64,000 nucleotides of DNA from Candidatus Cloacimonadales bacterium (GTDB lineage: Bacteria; Cloacimonadota; Cloacimonadia; Cloacimonadales; JAFGVF01): assembly GCA_963678315.1 (NCBI GenBank), contig OY782781.1, positions 2,176,001 through 2,240,000 on the forward strand, read 5' to 3'. The notes under the pieces are model-generated. The model did not search any database. It was not told the DNA's origin and worked only from the letters and a program-made list of their open reading frames with translations. Below, piece by piece: positions 50,301 through 60,508 of this stretch. A program made the position numbers and the translations under genes. Each line of letters starts with the position of its first letter. Position 1 is the stretch's first letter.

Positions 50301-52849
50301 ATAGTGAAAGTACTACTTCAACTACAAGCCCTAGTATTGCTACTAACAGAGCTTTAGCTATGAGTAAGACTTCATCTTTTAAAGATTATGTTAGTTTCGT
50401 TTACAAGTATGAAGCTAGCTTAGAAAAGCTAAAATTCAAAAAATTAACTGCTCTTGTGAAAACTTACTTTTACTTCTTGTATGAGCTTAGTGATTCTAAG
50501 AAACTTGAAGAACTTTTGAATCAGAATAGCCATATTAAATATTCTAAACAGAAAGAAGAAGAATTTTATTATAATGTTTTAAATTTAATTGCAGTTACAA
50601 AACATAACTATGAAGTTGCTTATAGAAATATTGAATATGCAAAAGAATATGCAAAGAGTACTCGTAATAAATATGCTTTTACTATCTTTAAAATTAGAGA
50701 AGCTGAATGCTTAATATTCTTGAATAAGCCAAAAGCAGCTCAAGAAATTCTTAATGAAATAGAACAAATTTGTTTGAAATATGAATATATGTACTGGCAT
50801 ACTGTACTAAAATACCAAGAATGTAGGATCATGCTACTAAATCCTGATGTTCACTTGCGTGTAATCCTTAGACACTTATTCGCAGTAAAAAACACCTCTA
50901 CCAATAGATCTTATGTAATTTTAGAGATTAAGGTTCTAGCTCTTATTCTCCAAGTGCTGGTCCATATAGGTCAGTTTAAAAGATTCGCTTATTATCTGCA
51001 AATATACAAGAAAAGAATTGAGAACATTACTGATTTTGATAATATTGATTTCTATAAAAGTTTCTTAGTAAAATATAAATACTTCAGTGAAAATCCACAT
51101 GATTTTAAATTTAGTTCTATTGCTATCAGAAATCAGGTAACTAACAAGAAAATAAATCTAAGAATAGCTGAGTTACTTCAGATCAAAGATATCAATAAGA
51201 TAGTATTCTCATTTGGTAAACTTATTGAATCTATTGCTGCACCAAGTTCTTATTTGATTGCAACCTATAATGAAGATCATAACTATTTAGAAGAATTTGC
51301 TACAAGCAATTTTGAGTTTACTCAAATTAATGAGGAACCATACAAAAAAGGTATTGAGAAAAGTTTTAAGCAAGATCAAATTATTAATATAAAGCATCTC
51401 AATAAGGCAATTGCATTTGTACCATTGAAGATTATAAATAATCGGGTTGGTATTGTTATTATAGAAGATCAAGCTAATCTCCCTTACGTAAGCAAAGAAA
51501 TTAAGCTTCTAAGGTTACTTAAACTTCAACTTTCTACAATTATGATGAGAGCTATAGATTTTATAGATAATCATAGAAAAATGACTCTTATGCAAAGACT
51601 TATGTCTGTTACTCATAAGTTGATAGGCACTCATGACTTTAATCAATTATCACAAGAAATTGTATTCGAGGGTATCAGTTTTTTAAATGCTTCTAGAGGT
51701 TTCTTTATTTTAATTGACGAAGGTGAGAACTATAGATTCTTAAAAGCTATGGATAGTGACAACAATCTTATAAAACAATATACATCTTTCGATATGACAG
51801 CTTTATCTAAAGTCCAGCAATTAAGGCAACCATTATACTCTGCTACTCTTAACCAGAATAGAAGATTCGATTCAACAAATTTAGGTGATTTTAAGCAATA
51901 TCTATACTATTGTGCACCTATTATAATTGAGAATAAGGTGTTTGCTATTGTTTACTTTGATAATTTCTTAGATACCTCTAAAAAGCTCTATATTAACAGA
52001 GATATTATGAAGCTTTTCTTGTTCCAAGTAACAGTTAGTGTTAGAAATGCTGTTGAATATGATACATTATTCAAGAAGAATGTGGAGCTTGTCGAGCTTG
52101 ACTATATGAAGAATGACTTTATTAATATTGTATCTCATGAGTTAAACACCCCACTTTCAAAGATTAAGAGTAATATGAGAAAGCTTAAAAGTAAGCTCAA
52201 AAAAGTTAATATTACTAACGAACAATCATTTTTAGATATCGAAAATACTCTTGATAAACTAACTAAGACTTCAAATGATATTGTTACACTAAACAGATAT
52301 AACATAGCTAATAGTTTACCTTTGAATCCAATTGAACTTGACGAACTTGTTGAGTTGATTGTTCAAGAAGCTTCAATTATTGCTGATAAGAGACATATAG
52401 CTCTTTCCTATCAAATTGAGAAGAATTTACCTCATGTCATGGCTGATTGGCAATCAATAGAAATAATGCTTAATCAAATTATCATGAATGCAATTAGATT
52501 CACTAATGACTTCGGTGAAATACTTGTTGGAGTAAGAACTTCTTCATTCCAAAAAGAAAGAATAGATAACAACTCTACTGTTGTTCTTTTTGTTAAAGAT
52601 AATGGAATAGGAATACCAGAGAAAGAATTAGAAAATGTATTTAAAATGTTCTATGAATTAACTGAGATCTACGCTCATAAATCTGGAACATTCGAATATA
52701 AATCTTCTGGCTTAGGTATAGGTCTAGCTACCTGTAAGCGTATTGTCGACTTGAATAATGGAAAGATTTGGATAAATAGCAAAGAACATGAAGGAACAAC
52801 CGTATTTGTATCACTTCCTATAATTAATAATACTGATGATCAAAATTAA
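47372..52849 (+). CDS. Hybrid Ser/Thr kinase - STAND/AAA-like - TPR - GAF - histidine kinase
   Basis: LGSGIWATVY, HKDIKPHN, DYG, APE; GGQGVGKR; TAGNPQFIQE; TPR helices; two GAF-like regions; SHELNTPL, NAIRFT, DNGIGIP and GLGIGL. Confidence 0.88.
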   Translation: MILDSRYEVLEDLGSGIWATVYKVRDLRTDNIYALKLFDQLNADEFYSKLPASDMHHITQIRHPNLADVVDFGNIGDNIYCIDEFYDGHVLTRFPISRDNINELYDIIVQICYALHALHEHNIIHKDIKPHNILFKFTGSGPQIKVLDYGFSKVDLTKETQQLTSSLPFVAPELFGGADPIPQTDFYSLGVTLYRLTTGAFPFSIKQIKSIIEGNKDYVLPKLPRQINSDIPELLEKFIIKLLEKDPHDRFKNVPEIIEYINKIQVRKYPFSYQWSTVNFLKFNSYFVNKEVSEKLYEYTDMLKNEDGKLITLMGGQGVGKRAILTLFKYKILTGKYFIFDYECSHKHNDPFYALTKEFHHSLKYNRENSVFDEDLTKISSKFKKFLFESEESAKLTSFSKEDMLEDFESIRSYLKHLSQERPLVFIIRQAELLNDNTIDFINYCIDTITTSNTLIILSFNNYMQVKKLNESVMVKVPFLNLEQTKQHIFELLKTDVPSEFINRIYERTAGNPQFIQEFLIELTKNGVIWDANGFHFDYDISDISLPNDVLHSIYARMSHLTDVNYKFLMDLSVIKTPLSKNLISKFLNIEGTVLFNFISDSLNNEILSKKGEFFYFTFPESQRRFLTECNENQLANLSKRIIAYFDNQEITIKEICQGVIENSLIANDYYAYRNYTLKLYEINIKNNDQISAFANLIEIIKTDLSDNIDLEEKFLIQDLRKFTDKIDLLCNQDQVDELIQLVSNYDDMFYKYLAIIKLLIIKEDLVSADKYYNLAKKYVITAVQKYELMIAEIKLLNFYGEFKKINDILAEVNIDNLTDKYKLLLGDRLAVNLFNNGKVTDAIDLVEKILNNIPILFDDTLILILANIHINLGTYYASIKMLTEAEKHYTKSITIYEKYNIEKLLVLIYNNIGDIYLRQGITQKAYEYLQKAYILLPRNFSTRIAELTYINLAEVKIKFGSFIDALEFLDKAEQVNSESTTSTTSPSIATNRALAMSKTSSFKDYVSFVYKYEASLEKLKFKKLTALVKTYFYFLYELSDSKKLEELLNQNSHIKYSKQKEEEFYYNVLNLIAVTKHNYEVAYRNIEYAKEYAKSTRNKYAFTIFKIREAECLIFLNKPKAAQEILNEIEQICLKYEYMYWHTVLKYQECRIMLLNPDVHLRVILRHLFAVKNTSTNRSYVILEIKVLALILQVLVHIGQFKRFAYYLQIYKKRIENITDFDNIDFYKSFLVKYKYFSENPHDFKFSSIAIRNQVTNKKINLRIAELLQIKDINKIVFSFGKLIESIAAPSSYLIATYNEDHNYLEEFATSNFEFTQINEEPYKKGIEKSFKQDQIINIKHLNKAIAFVPLKIINNRVGIVIIEDQANLPYVSKEIKLLRLLKLQLSTIMMRAIDFIDNHRKMTLMQRLMSVTHKLIGTHDFNQLSQEIVFEGISFLNASRGFFILIDEGENYRFLKAMDSDNNLIKQYTSFDMTALSKVQQLRQPLYSATLNQNRRFDSTNLGDFKQYLYYCAPIIIENKVFAIVYFDNFLDTSKKLYINRDIMKLFLFQVTVSVRNAVEYDTLFKKNVELVELDYMKNDFINIVSHELNTPLSKIKSNMRKLKSKLKKVNITNEQSFLDIENTLDKLTKTSNDIVTLNRYNIANSLPLNPIELDELVELIVQEASIIADKRHIALSYQIEKNLPHVMADWQSIEIMLNQIIMNAIRFTNDFGEILVGVRTSSFQKERIDNNSTVVLFVKDNGIGIPEKELENVFKMFYELTEIYAHKSGTFEYKSSGLGIGLATCKRIVDLNNGKIWINSKEHEGTTVFVSLPIINNTDDQN

Positions 52850-54650
52850 TCCTAATTTAGAGCTAAAGCTAAGTAATCTACCAACCAATCCAGGAGTTTA
52901 TTTATGGAAAGATAAAACTGGAAAGGTCATATATGTTGGTAAGGCTAAAAATCTTAAAAACAGAGTTAAGTCTTATCTTCAATCAAAGAATAAAGATAGG
53001 AAGACCCGTCAACTTCAGAAACACATCTTTGACATTGATTATATTATAGTCTCTTCTGAGACAAATGCCCTTATTTTAGAGGCAACCATGATTAGGAAAT
53101 ATTCTCCTAAATATAATGTCATGCTTAAAGATGATAAACGCTATCCTTTCATCAAAGTTACAAATGATCCTTACCCTAAAGTATTAAAAACTAGAGAGCT
53201 TAAGAAAGATGGTTCCTCTTATTACGGGCCTTATTCTAAGTTTCCAGACATTAGGAGAATATTAAGGCTTCTAGAATGGATATTTCCTTTAAGAAATTGT
53301 AATAGGAAGATTCCTTTAGATGAAATTCTTTATAAGAAAGCTTGTATTAACTTTCAGCTAAAGAAATGTTTAGCTCCATGCATTGGGAATATATCTAATG
53401 ATGAATATATGAAAATAGTTAAGAATGTTAAAGACTTTCTATATGGTAAGCATACCCAAGTAATTGAACTTTTAAAACAAGAAATGCTAGATGCTTCTGA
53501 AAAGTTAGAATTCGAGAAGGCGGCTGAATTAAGAGATAAAATTGATGCTCTGGAGAAGTTCTCTGACAAACAAAATATGTTCTTTACAGATCTAAAGAAT
53601 CGAGATATAATAAGCATCTACAAAGAAGAGAGCATTGCAGCAGTAGTTGTTCTTAAGATGGTTGAAGGTAGAATCAATAATAAGGAGCTTTATCCTCTTA
53701 AGAACATAGATGATGAGTCAGAAGCTGATTTGTTATCTTACTTTATTAAAGATTACTATTCCCAGAGAGATAATCTTCCTTCAGATATTATTGTGCAACC
53801 TGAACCAGCTGATTTTGAAGCGATTAATACTTGGTTGAATAACAAACTTAAAGTTCCTCAAAAGGGTGAAAAGAATAAACTTTCAGTTATAGCAAGAAAG
53901 AATGCTTTCAGTTATGTAGAAGATAAAAAGCTTCAACATATTAGAAGTAAAAACAGAACCATTCTTCCTGTTCAAGAGCTTAAAGATTATCTAGATCTAC
54001 CAAAACTTCCGAGAAAGATGGTTTGCATGGATATTTCTACTATACAAGGTGAAGATACAGTTTCTTCAGCTGTTTACTTTGAGAATGGTAAGCCTCTAAA
54101 AAAGAAATACCGTCATTATATCATTAAGACTGTTCAAGGACAAGATGACTTTGCTTCAATGGCTGAAACAATGACTCGTTTCCTAGATAATTGCCGAAAA
54201 GACCCAGACATGACTCCTGACATGATTGTTATTGACGGAGGTAAGGGACAATTGAACTCGGCAGGTAAAATAATCCAAAATTACCTAGACTTGAATATAA
54301 CTTTAATCTCTCTTGCTAAGAGGGTCGAGGAAGTATTTATTTTAGGACATGAACAATCAATAATTCTACCTAAAACATCTACAGCCTTAAAACTGATAAC
54401 ACACATTAGAGATGAATCTCACAGATTTGCAATAACTTTCCACAGGAAAAGGCGTTCTTCACGAACTCTAATAAGTAAATTAGATAGTATTCCTGGAATC
54501 TCTGAAAAGCTTAAATTTGCATTACTAAACAGATTTGGTTCAGTTGCAAACATATCAACAGCTTCATTAGAACAAATAACAGAGATTAAAGGGATAGGCT
54601 TAAAAAGTGCTGAAACTATATTAAACTTCTTGAACAATAAGGATTTATAA
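52836..54650 (+). CDS. uvrC: Excinuclease ABC subunit C
   Basis: PGVYLWKD…IYVGKAKNLKNRVKSY, IDGGKGQL and RDESHRFAI. Confidence 0.97.
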   Translation: MIKINPNLELKLSNLPTNPGVYLWKDKTGKVIYVGKAKNLKNRVKSYLQSKNKDRKTRQLQKHIFDIDYIIVSSETNALILEATMIRKYSPKYNVMLKDDKRYPFIKVTNDPYPKVLKTRELKKDGSSYYGPYSKFPDIRRILRLLEWIFPLRNCNRKIPLDEILYKKACINFQLKKCLAPCIGNISNDEYMKIVKNVKDFLYGKHTQVIELLKQEMLDASEKLEFEKAAELRDKIDALEKFSDKQNMFFTDLKNRDIISIYKEESIAAVVVLKMVEGRINNKELYPLKNIDDESEADLLSYFIKDYYSQRDNLPSDIIVQPEPADFEAINTWLNNKLKVPQKGEKNKLSVIARKNAFSYVEDKKLQHIRSKNRTILPVQELKDYLDLPKLPRKMVCMDISTIQGEDTVSSAVYFENGKPLKKKYRHYIIKTVQGQDDFASMAETMTRFLDNCRKDPDMTPDMIVIDGGKGQLNSAGKIIQNYLDLNITLISLAKRVEEVFILGHEQSIILPKTSTALKLITHIRDESHRFAITFHRKRRSSRTLISKLDSIPGISEKLKFALLNRFGSVANISTASLEQITEIKGIGLKSAETILNFLNNKDL

Positions 54651-56651
54651 ATGGATTTTAAACTTGTTTCTAAATACCAACCTCAAGGTGATCAACCACA
54701 AGCTATTGAACAACTTGTCAATGGTGTTAATAGAGGGGAACAATACCAAGTTTTATTAGGCGTTACTGGTTCTGGTAAAACTTTTACAATTGCTAACACA
54801 ATAGCTAAATTGAATAAACCAACTCTTGTACTTTCACATAATAAGACTCTTGCAGCACAGCTATATGGGGAACTAAAGCAGTTTTTCCCACATAACTCAG
54901 TTGAGTATTTTATTTCATACTACGATTACTATCAACCAGAAGCTTATATTCCAGGAAGAGATATTTTTATAGAAAAGGATTCAAGTATTAATGACCAGAT
55001 TGATAAGTTGCGTTTAAAAGCAACCATGTCGCTTATGGAGCGTTCTGATACGATAGTTGTTGCTTCTGTATCATGTATCTATGGTCTTGGTGTTCCTGAA
55101 GATTATAGAAAGGCAATGGTTAGAATATCTGTAGGTGATGAGATTGATCGTGATGAATTTCTTTTAAAACTAGTAAAAGCCCATTATGGAAGAAATGATA
55201 TAGCTTTTCAACGTGGAACCTTTCGTGTAAAAGGAGATACTGTAGATGTCTTCCCTGCTTATTTGGATAACTGCATTAGAATTGAGTTTTTTGGAGATGA
55301 AATCACTTCAATAACTAAACTAAATCCTATAAATAACAAGATAATATCAAAGCATGATGTTTATGCAGTTTATCCAGCTAATCACTTTGTTATGACAGAT
55401 GAACGACTACAAGGGGCAATGACTTCAATAAAAGAAGAATTAGATATTCAGCATAAGTTCTTCTTAGAAAATGAAAGATATGTTGAAGCCCAACGGATAA
55501 AACAAAGAACAGAATTTGATTTGGAAATGATTTCTGAGCTTGGTCATTGTTCAGGTATTGAGAATTACTCACGCCACATGACTGGAGCTCAAGCTGGCAT
55601 GCCCCCATTCACTCTTCTTGATTATTTTCCTGATGATTATTTGCTTGTTATAGATGAATCTCATGTTACCATACCGCAAACTCGGGCCATGTATGCAGGT
55701 GATTTTTCAAGAAAGAAGAATCTTGTCGAATATGGTTTTAGATTGCCTTCAGCTTATGACAACAGACCTTTAAAATTTGAAGAGTTCGAGAAACATCACA
55801 AGAATGTAATATTTCTCTCCGCTACTCCTGCTGATTATGAACTTGATAAAACATATGGTGAGGTTGTAGAACAGGTTATTCGTCCTACTGGACTTATTGA
55901 CCCTCAAATATATATTAAACCTGTTGATACACAAGTAGATGATTTACTTGAACAAATCAGAATTCATAAAGCTAAGAAACAAAGAGTACTAGTCACTACA
56001 TTAACAAAAAAGATGACTGAAGACCTTTCCACTTATCTTAAAAATGCTGGAATAAAATCAGATTATCTTCACAGTAATTTAAATTCTATTGAAAGAACCA
56101 AGGTAATTAGACAACTTAGATTGGGTGAAATTGATGTATTGGTAGGTGTTAACTTACTCAGAGAAGGTATTGATATGCCAGAAGTTGCTTTAGTAGCAAT
56201 TCTAGATGCAGATAAGGTTGGTTTCTTGAGATCAGCTCGCTCATTAATACAAACAGCAGGAAGAGCTGCGCGTAATGCTGAAGGTAAAGTAATTTTTTAT
56301 GCAGATAATATAACAGATGCTATTAAGAGAACTGTAGATGAAACTAATCGTAGAAGAGAAAAGCAAATTGCCTTTAATGAAGCAAACAATATAACACCGC
56401 AGACAATTTATAAGTCTGTTGAAGATATTATGGAATCTACTGCAGTTGCTGAAGGTTACCAAGGCTACTCTACTAAGAAAAAGAATAAAAAACGTTCTGC
56501 TAAAGAGGACTTCATGGAGTATCTTGATTTGGATAGTAAAGACAAAATTATTGACTTACTAAAGAAAGAAATGCGTGAGGCAGCTGGAGAGTTAGATTTT
56601 GAAAAAGCCGCTACTCTTCGTGATAGAATTGTTGAATTAGAGAATAGTTAG
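54651..56651 (+). CDS. uvrB: Excinuclease ABC subunit B
   Basis: [29 protein letters not shown] and GRAARN. Confidence 0.98.
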   Translation: MDFKLVSKYQPQGDQPQAIEQLVNGVNRGEQYQVLLGVTGSGKTFTIANTIAKLNKPTLVLSHNKTLAAQLYGELKQFFPHNSVEYFISYYDYYQPEAYIPGRDIFIEKDSSINDQIDKLRLKATMSLMERSDTIVVASVSCIYGLGVPEDYRKAMVRISVGDEIDRDEFLLKLVKAHYGRNDIAFQRGTFRVKGDTVDVFPAYLDNCIRIEFFGDEITSITKLNPINNKIISKHDVYAVYPANHFVMTDERLQGAMTSIKEELDIQHKFFLENERYVEAQRIKQRTEFDLEMISELGHCSGIENYSRHMTGAQAGMPPFTLLDYFPDDYLLVIDESHVTIPQTRAMYAGDFSRKKNLVEYGFRLPSAYDNRPLKFEEFEKHHKNVIFLSATPADYELDKTYGEVVEQVIRPTGLIDPQIYIKPVDTQVDDLLEQIRIHKAKKQRVLVTTLTKKMTEDLSTYLKNAGIKSDYLHSNLNSIERTKVIRQLRLGEIDVLVGVNLLREGIDMPEVALVAILDADKVGFLRSARSLIQTAGRAARNAEGKVIFYADNITDAIKRTVDETNRRREKQIAFNEANNITPQTIYKSVEDIMESTAVAEGYQGYSTKKKNKKRSAKEDFMEYLDLDSKDKIIDLLKKEMREAAGELDFEKAATLRDRIVELENS

Positions 56652-56731
56652 AATTTACATATTTCATTATTACAAGTTGATTAATCCCAATGTATTAATT
56701 TATACTTGTTTTCCTCTTCTTCCTTAAGGGT

Positions 56732-56773
56732 CACCTTGAAAAAAAGCCGATTTTTCAAGGTGGCAAGTAAGGG
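56732..56773. repeat. Long palindrome (REP-like element or bidirectional terminator), copy 2
   Basis: CACCTTGAAAAA-AAGCCGA-TTTTTCAAGGTG then GCAAGTAAGGG, sharing the core of 31615-31664. Confidence 0.65.
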
Positions 56774-57077
56774 ACAAGTAAAATTGTAGATTAAACCCAA
56801 ATAATACACTAGGACTTGAAAAATAGCACTATATTATTTGGCAATAATAACTTCCATAATCTCAACTAGAATATATATTATTCAAGCTTCGATTCTGTAA
56901 GCTATTTTGCTGAAAGACCGTGTCCGGCTTAGACGGAATCTGCACTATTTTCGTCAAACCTAATGCATCATCTGGGTTAAATTCTAAAAGTCTTTACTAA
57001 TTTGAAGAATATTTTTTATACAATAGGAATGTTATAAGTAAGTTGTTGATAGCTGAACTTATAATTTTCCCATAAAG

Positions 57078-57578
57078 TTACTTCATAGTATCACTTATTG
57101 TTGCAGACATTGAAGCTGGAAAGCTAACAACTAATACACGTTTTATGGATAATATTAAATCTTCTTGCCAAGGACATTGATTGATTAAAGTAAGCAAGAA
57201 AGCCACAATAAGTAAAGAAATAAAATATATTGATAAAACTCTTTTAAAATAGGAGAAAACATGATTTTTAAACATATACTTATAGAAGTTTAAATAAACA
57301 TAGAACCCTATGAAAACGAAAGAAGTTATACTCATAAATATTATATTTGGAAGAGGAAGTGTAGCTCCAAGATTCCATGCCTCTTCAGTAAATGCAACAG
57401 GTACAGCTAGAACTGATGCTCCGATGATTACCTGCATTAAATCTCTTGGTCTAAACTCAACCATGATAGGAGTTATATTATAATTAAGAAGTTCTCCATC
57501 TGAATCATATACAGGAGTAACTCTATTTAAATATCCATTGATTCTCTCTACTTTAGATACACCTATTCGTTCTTTCAT
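57078..57578 (-). CDS. DUF2391-family integral membrane protein
   Basis: RDLMQVIIGASVLAVPVAFTEEAW and SFPASMSATISD. Confidence 0.75.
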   Translation of the reverse strand: MKERIGVSKVERINGYLNRVTPVYDSDGELLNYNITPIMVEFRPRDLMQVIIGASVLAVPVAFTEEAWNLGATLPLPNIIFMSITSFVFIGFYVYLNFYKYMFKNHVFSYFKRVLSIYFISLLIVAFLLTLINQCPWQEDLILSIKRVLVVSFPASMSATISDTMK

Positions 57579-57624
57579 AAATACCTCAAAATAAATAGCT
57601 AGAAGTTATATCATATAATATAAT

Positions 57625-58299
57625 TTAATTTTCGGATTTGTATTTGATAGGGTCTGTTAATCCAGCCTCTTCGAAAGCCTTTAATCTTAAGTAGCATGAA
57701 TCACAGCTTCCACAAGCCTCATTATTATCACGATAGCAACTCCAAGAATATTCAAAGGGAGCTTTTAGCTTAGCACCTAATTTTATAATTTCTGCTTTAC
57801 TTTTATGGATTATCGGGGTCATAATCTCAATTTTAGTTTCATCTTTAGTTCCAAGATCTATTGCCTTATTTAATGCATGATAAAAGCTTTCACGGCAATC
57901 AGGATAACCCGAACTATCTTCTTCCACAGCCCCAATATATATTCTATTAGCACCAATAACTTCAGCCCATGATGTTGCTATTACTATAAGATTCCCATTT
58001 CTGAAGGGAACATAAGTATTTGGAACTGAATTATCTGTTTCATCATGATCACTAATTGCCATAGATTTATCAATCAAACTAGTGCCCCCAATTGCTTTTA
58101 AATAATTCATATCGACATTAAGAACACCTGCCGGTTTATAATATTTAACTAAATTATCAAAACACTCTTTTTCCTTACTTTCAGTAAGTTGCCCATAGGA
58201 CGCATGCATGAAGTATATTTCATCATTATCTTGTTTAGCTAAGGCTGTTGTAACTAAACTATCCATTCCACCACTTAATAATATAATTGCTTTATTCAT
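57625..58299 (-). CDS. queC: 7-cyano-7-deazaguanine synthase
   Basis: LLSGGMDS, TYVPFRN, GYPDCR and WSCY…CGSCDSCYLR. Confidence 0.96.
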   Translation of the reverse strand: MNKAIILLSGGMDSLVTTALAKQDNDEIYFMHASYGQLTESKEKECFDNLVKYYKPAGVLNVDMNYLKAIGGTSLIDKSMAISDHDETDNSVPNTYVPFRNGNLIVIATSWAEVIGANRIYIGAVEEDSSGYPDCRESFYHALNKAIDLGTKDETKIEIMTPIIHKSKAEIIKLGAKLKAPFEYSWSCYRDNNEACGSCDSCYLRLKAFEEAGLTDPIKYKSEN

Positions 58300-59237
58300 T
58301 AATCTTCCCACATTTTAAAATCAAATGAACTTTCAAGTTTATCTTCTAAAGAATCTTCCATTTTTGGAAAAAAGTCAATTCCAGTTCTTTCTTCAACAGT
58401 ATCTATGCTACAACAATAATATTCAATTTTCCCTTTGTTAAGTCCGTTAGAAAATATAAAAGCTATAGCTTTTTTATCTTCACCATAAGGATCTAAAACA
58501 ATCTTGTAGTAATATTTTGGTACTGAGACTTGAGATTTACCAATCTTGTTCCTAATACCATCTTTTAATATAGGACCAGTTACAACAATTAGTTCTTCAT
58601 TTGCTATCGCCCAATCTCTTACATTTGTTTCTAAATCTTTCCAAATCTTTCTATTCAAATCAGGAGCTTGTGGAGACATATTGCTCATATAGAAGCTCTC
58701 ATTCATGGCTTGCAGAGACCATCTATTATCTGCAGCGGGGCAAAGGTGTCCCCTATCATAACCAGAATTTTTATAATCATATTGATTAGCTGAAGATATT
58801 GTTTTAGAAGGATCCTTCTTAAAGTTGTTCTTTCTTTTTACGTCCTTAGCCTTAGCTTCTTCTGAAGTTAGTTCATAACAGACCCAATCAGCTTGCTCGT
58901 GCTCTTCATTATAAGCTAATGAATAAGCAAGATGTTCCACTAGGATATTGTCTTTTTTCAAAGTTGGATAAAAAAAGTCTAGATCATTGTACTTATCGTC
59001 ATCAGAGTTGACAGAATCAGATATTTGATGAACTTGATTTATAGCCTCATTTGAAACATTATTTAAAAATTCCTTTACTTTTTCATTGTTGTGCCAATAG
59101 AAAATAGAAATTGCAATTAAAGCACTAAAAAGAGCAGCTATATTGAGTTTTTTACCCAGAGACATTTTCTTTGAAGATTTTTGAGAAGTCTTTTTCTTTG
59201 CTTTAGTAGCTTTATTTGTTTTTTTTGTACTAGCCAT
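58299..59237 (-). CDS. Membrane-anchored DNA/RNA non-specific endonuclease (NucA/EndoG family)
   Basis: YNEEHEQADWV, SGYDRGHLCP, ESFYMSNMSPQ and LNRKIWKDLE; Lys-rich N-terminus plus one TM helix. Confidence 0.92.
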   Translation of the reverse strand: MASTKKTNKATKAKKKTSQKSSKKMSLGKKLNIAALFSALIAISIFYWHNNEKVKEFLNNVSNEAINQVHQISDSVNSDDDKYNDLDFFYPTLKKDNILVEHLAYSLAYNEEHEQADWVCYELTSEEAKAKDVKRKNNFKKDPSKTISSANQYDYKNSGYDRGHLCPAADNRWSLQAMNESFYMSNMSPQAPDLNRKIWKDLETNVRDWAIANEELIVVTGPILKDGIRNKIGKSQVSVPKYYYKIVLDPYGEDKKAIAFIFSNGLNKGKIEYYCCSIDTVEERTGIDFFPKMEDSLEDKLESSFDFKMWED

Positions 59238-59239
59238 AA

Positions 59240-60508
59240 TTAATCCATATAATATACTGCTTCTATAGGGTTTACTTTAGAAGCTTTTATTGCTGGGTAT
59301 AAACCAGATATAACACCGATAACAAAAGCAAAAGCAAGTCCAATAAGAACACCTTGTAAAGGTAATCCCAAAGACATTTTCATACCTTTACCAATTAATG
59401 TAACAATTAGTTTAGCTAAGCCTATTCCTATACCGGCTCCAAGAGATGTTAAAACAACAGCCTCAGAAATTAGTAACATAAATATATCAAAATTTGTTGC
59501 TCCAATACTTTTTCTAATACCAATTTCATTCATTCTTTCCGAAATTGAAATAAGCAATGTAGAGAATAAGCCAATTCCTCCAACAAGTAAAGAAACAGTA
59601 GCAATAGCCATCAAAATAGTGTTCCATTTTTTTATTTGGTCATTGAACTGCTGAGTAAACTGAAGTATGTCTTTAGATATATCAGTAAATTGAAAAGATT
59701 CAACCATACTATGAGATGCTAAAAGTAGTTGTCTTGCTGTATTCATGTTCAGATTGTAATCATTTTCATTTTTTGACTGAATATAGATACTATTTACACT
59801 ATTGTTTTCTGTATAATTTTGGGCACCTGTAGAAAGAGGTATATAGATAGATTTCATATCCCATCTTTTTTGCCAAGAAGACCAATCAAAGCTACTTTGA
59901 GATTCATCAGTTTCTGCACCAAGAATACCCACAATAATATATCGATTATCACCTAAAGTTAACTTTTCACCAATAATCGGCATTTGACTAGACATGTTCT
60001 CTTTCCAGAAAGTCTCACCAATGAGACAAACATTAGAAGCTTTTTTGTGCTCAATCCTATTAAACATTCTACCCTTAATAATACCATATTCTTTAAAATC
60101 GAAGTAATCATTGTTGGTAGCTTTTATACTTGTCCAGCGAGCCATCTTACTTTGTCGATCAAATTGAGTAGTTTCTACCATCCCATACATATATTTGAAA
60201 TCTAATTCTGAACGCAACATTCTATAATCATCAAGATTTATTGGTGTAGCCTCGCGGACTTCAGTTCGTCTACGTCTTCTCCATCTGCCTTGTGACTCTT
60301 CATCTTGCTTAGGAATTATTTCAAAAGAATTATTCCATCCCATTTTACCAATATTCTCATCCATAGACTTCTTTACACCATCTACAGCAGAAAACATTGA
60401 CACTACAGCCATCACACCTATAATAATGCCCAACAAAGTCAGAAGTGTCCTAATTTTATGTGATAAAATAATTGCTAAACTACTTCTGACGTTATCTATA
60501 AGATACAT
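59240..60508 (-). CDS. ABC transporter permease, MacB/FtsX family
   Basis: RTLLTLLGIIIGV, ERMNEIGIRKSIGA and YPAIKASKVNPIEA; start probably MYLIDNV. Confidence 0.88.
   Translation of the reverse strand: MYLIDNVRSSLAIILSHKIRTLLTLLGIIIGVMAVVSMFSAVDGVKKSMDENIGKMGWNNSFEIIPKQDEESQGRWRRRRRTEVREATPINLDDYRMLRSELDFKYMYGMVETTQFDRQSKMARWTSIKATNNDYFDFKEYGIIKGRMFNRIEHKKASNVCLIGETFWKENMSSQMPIIGEKLTLGDNRYIIVGILGAETDESQSSFDWSSWQKRWDMKSIYIPLSTGAQNYTENNSVNSIYIQSKNENDYNLNMNTARQLLLASHSMVESFQFTDISKDILQFTQQFNDQIKKWNTILMAIATVSLLVGGIGLFSTLLISISERMNEIGIRKSIGATNFDIFMLLISEAVVLTSLGAGIGIGLAKLIVTLIGKGMKMSLGLPLQGVLIGLAFAFVIGVISGLYPAIKASKVNPIEAVYYMD

Noticed and set aside
57625..59237. queC plus nuclease as a Dpd/QatABCD-type defence system
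   Set aside because: QueC is a canonical stand-alone enzyme in a housekeeping operon, with no dpd, TatD or ATPase partners.
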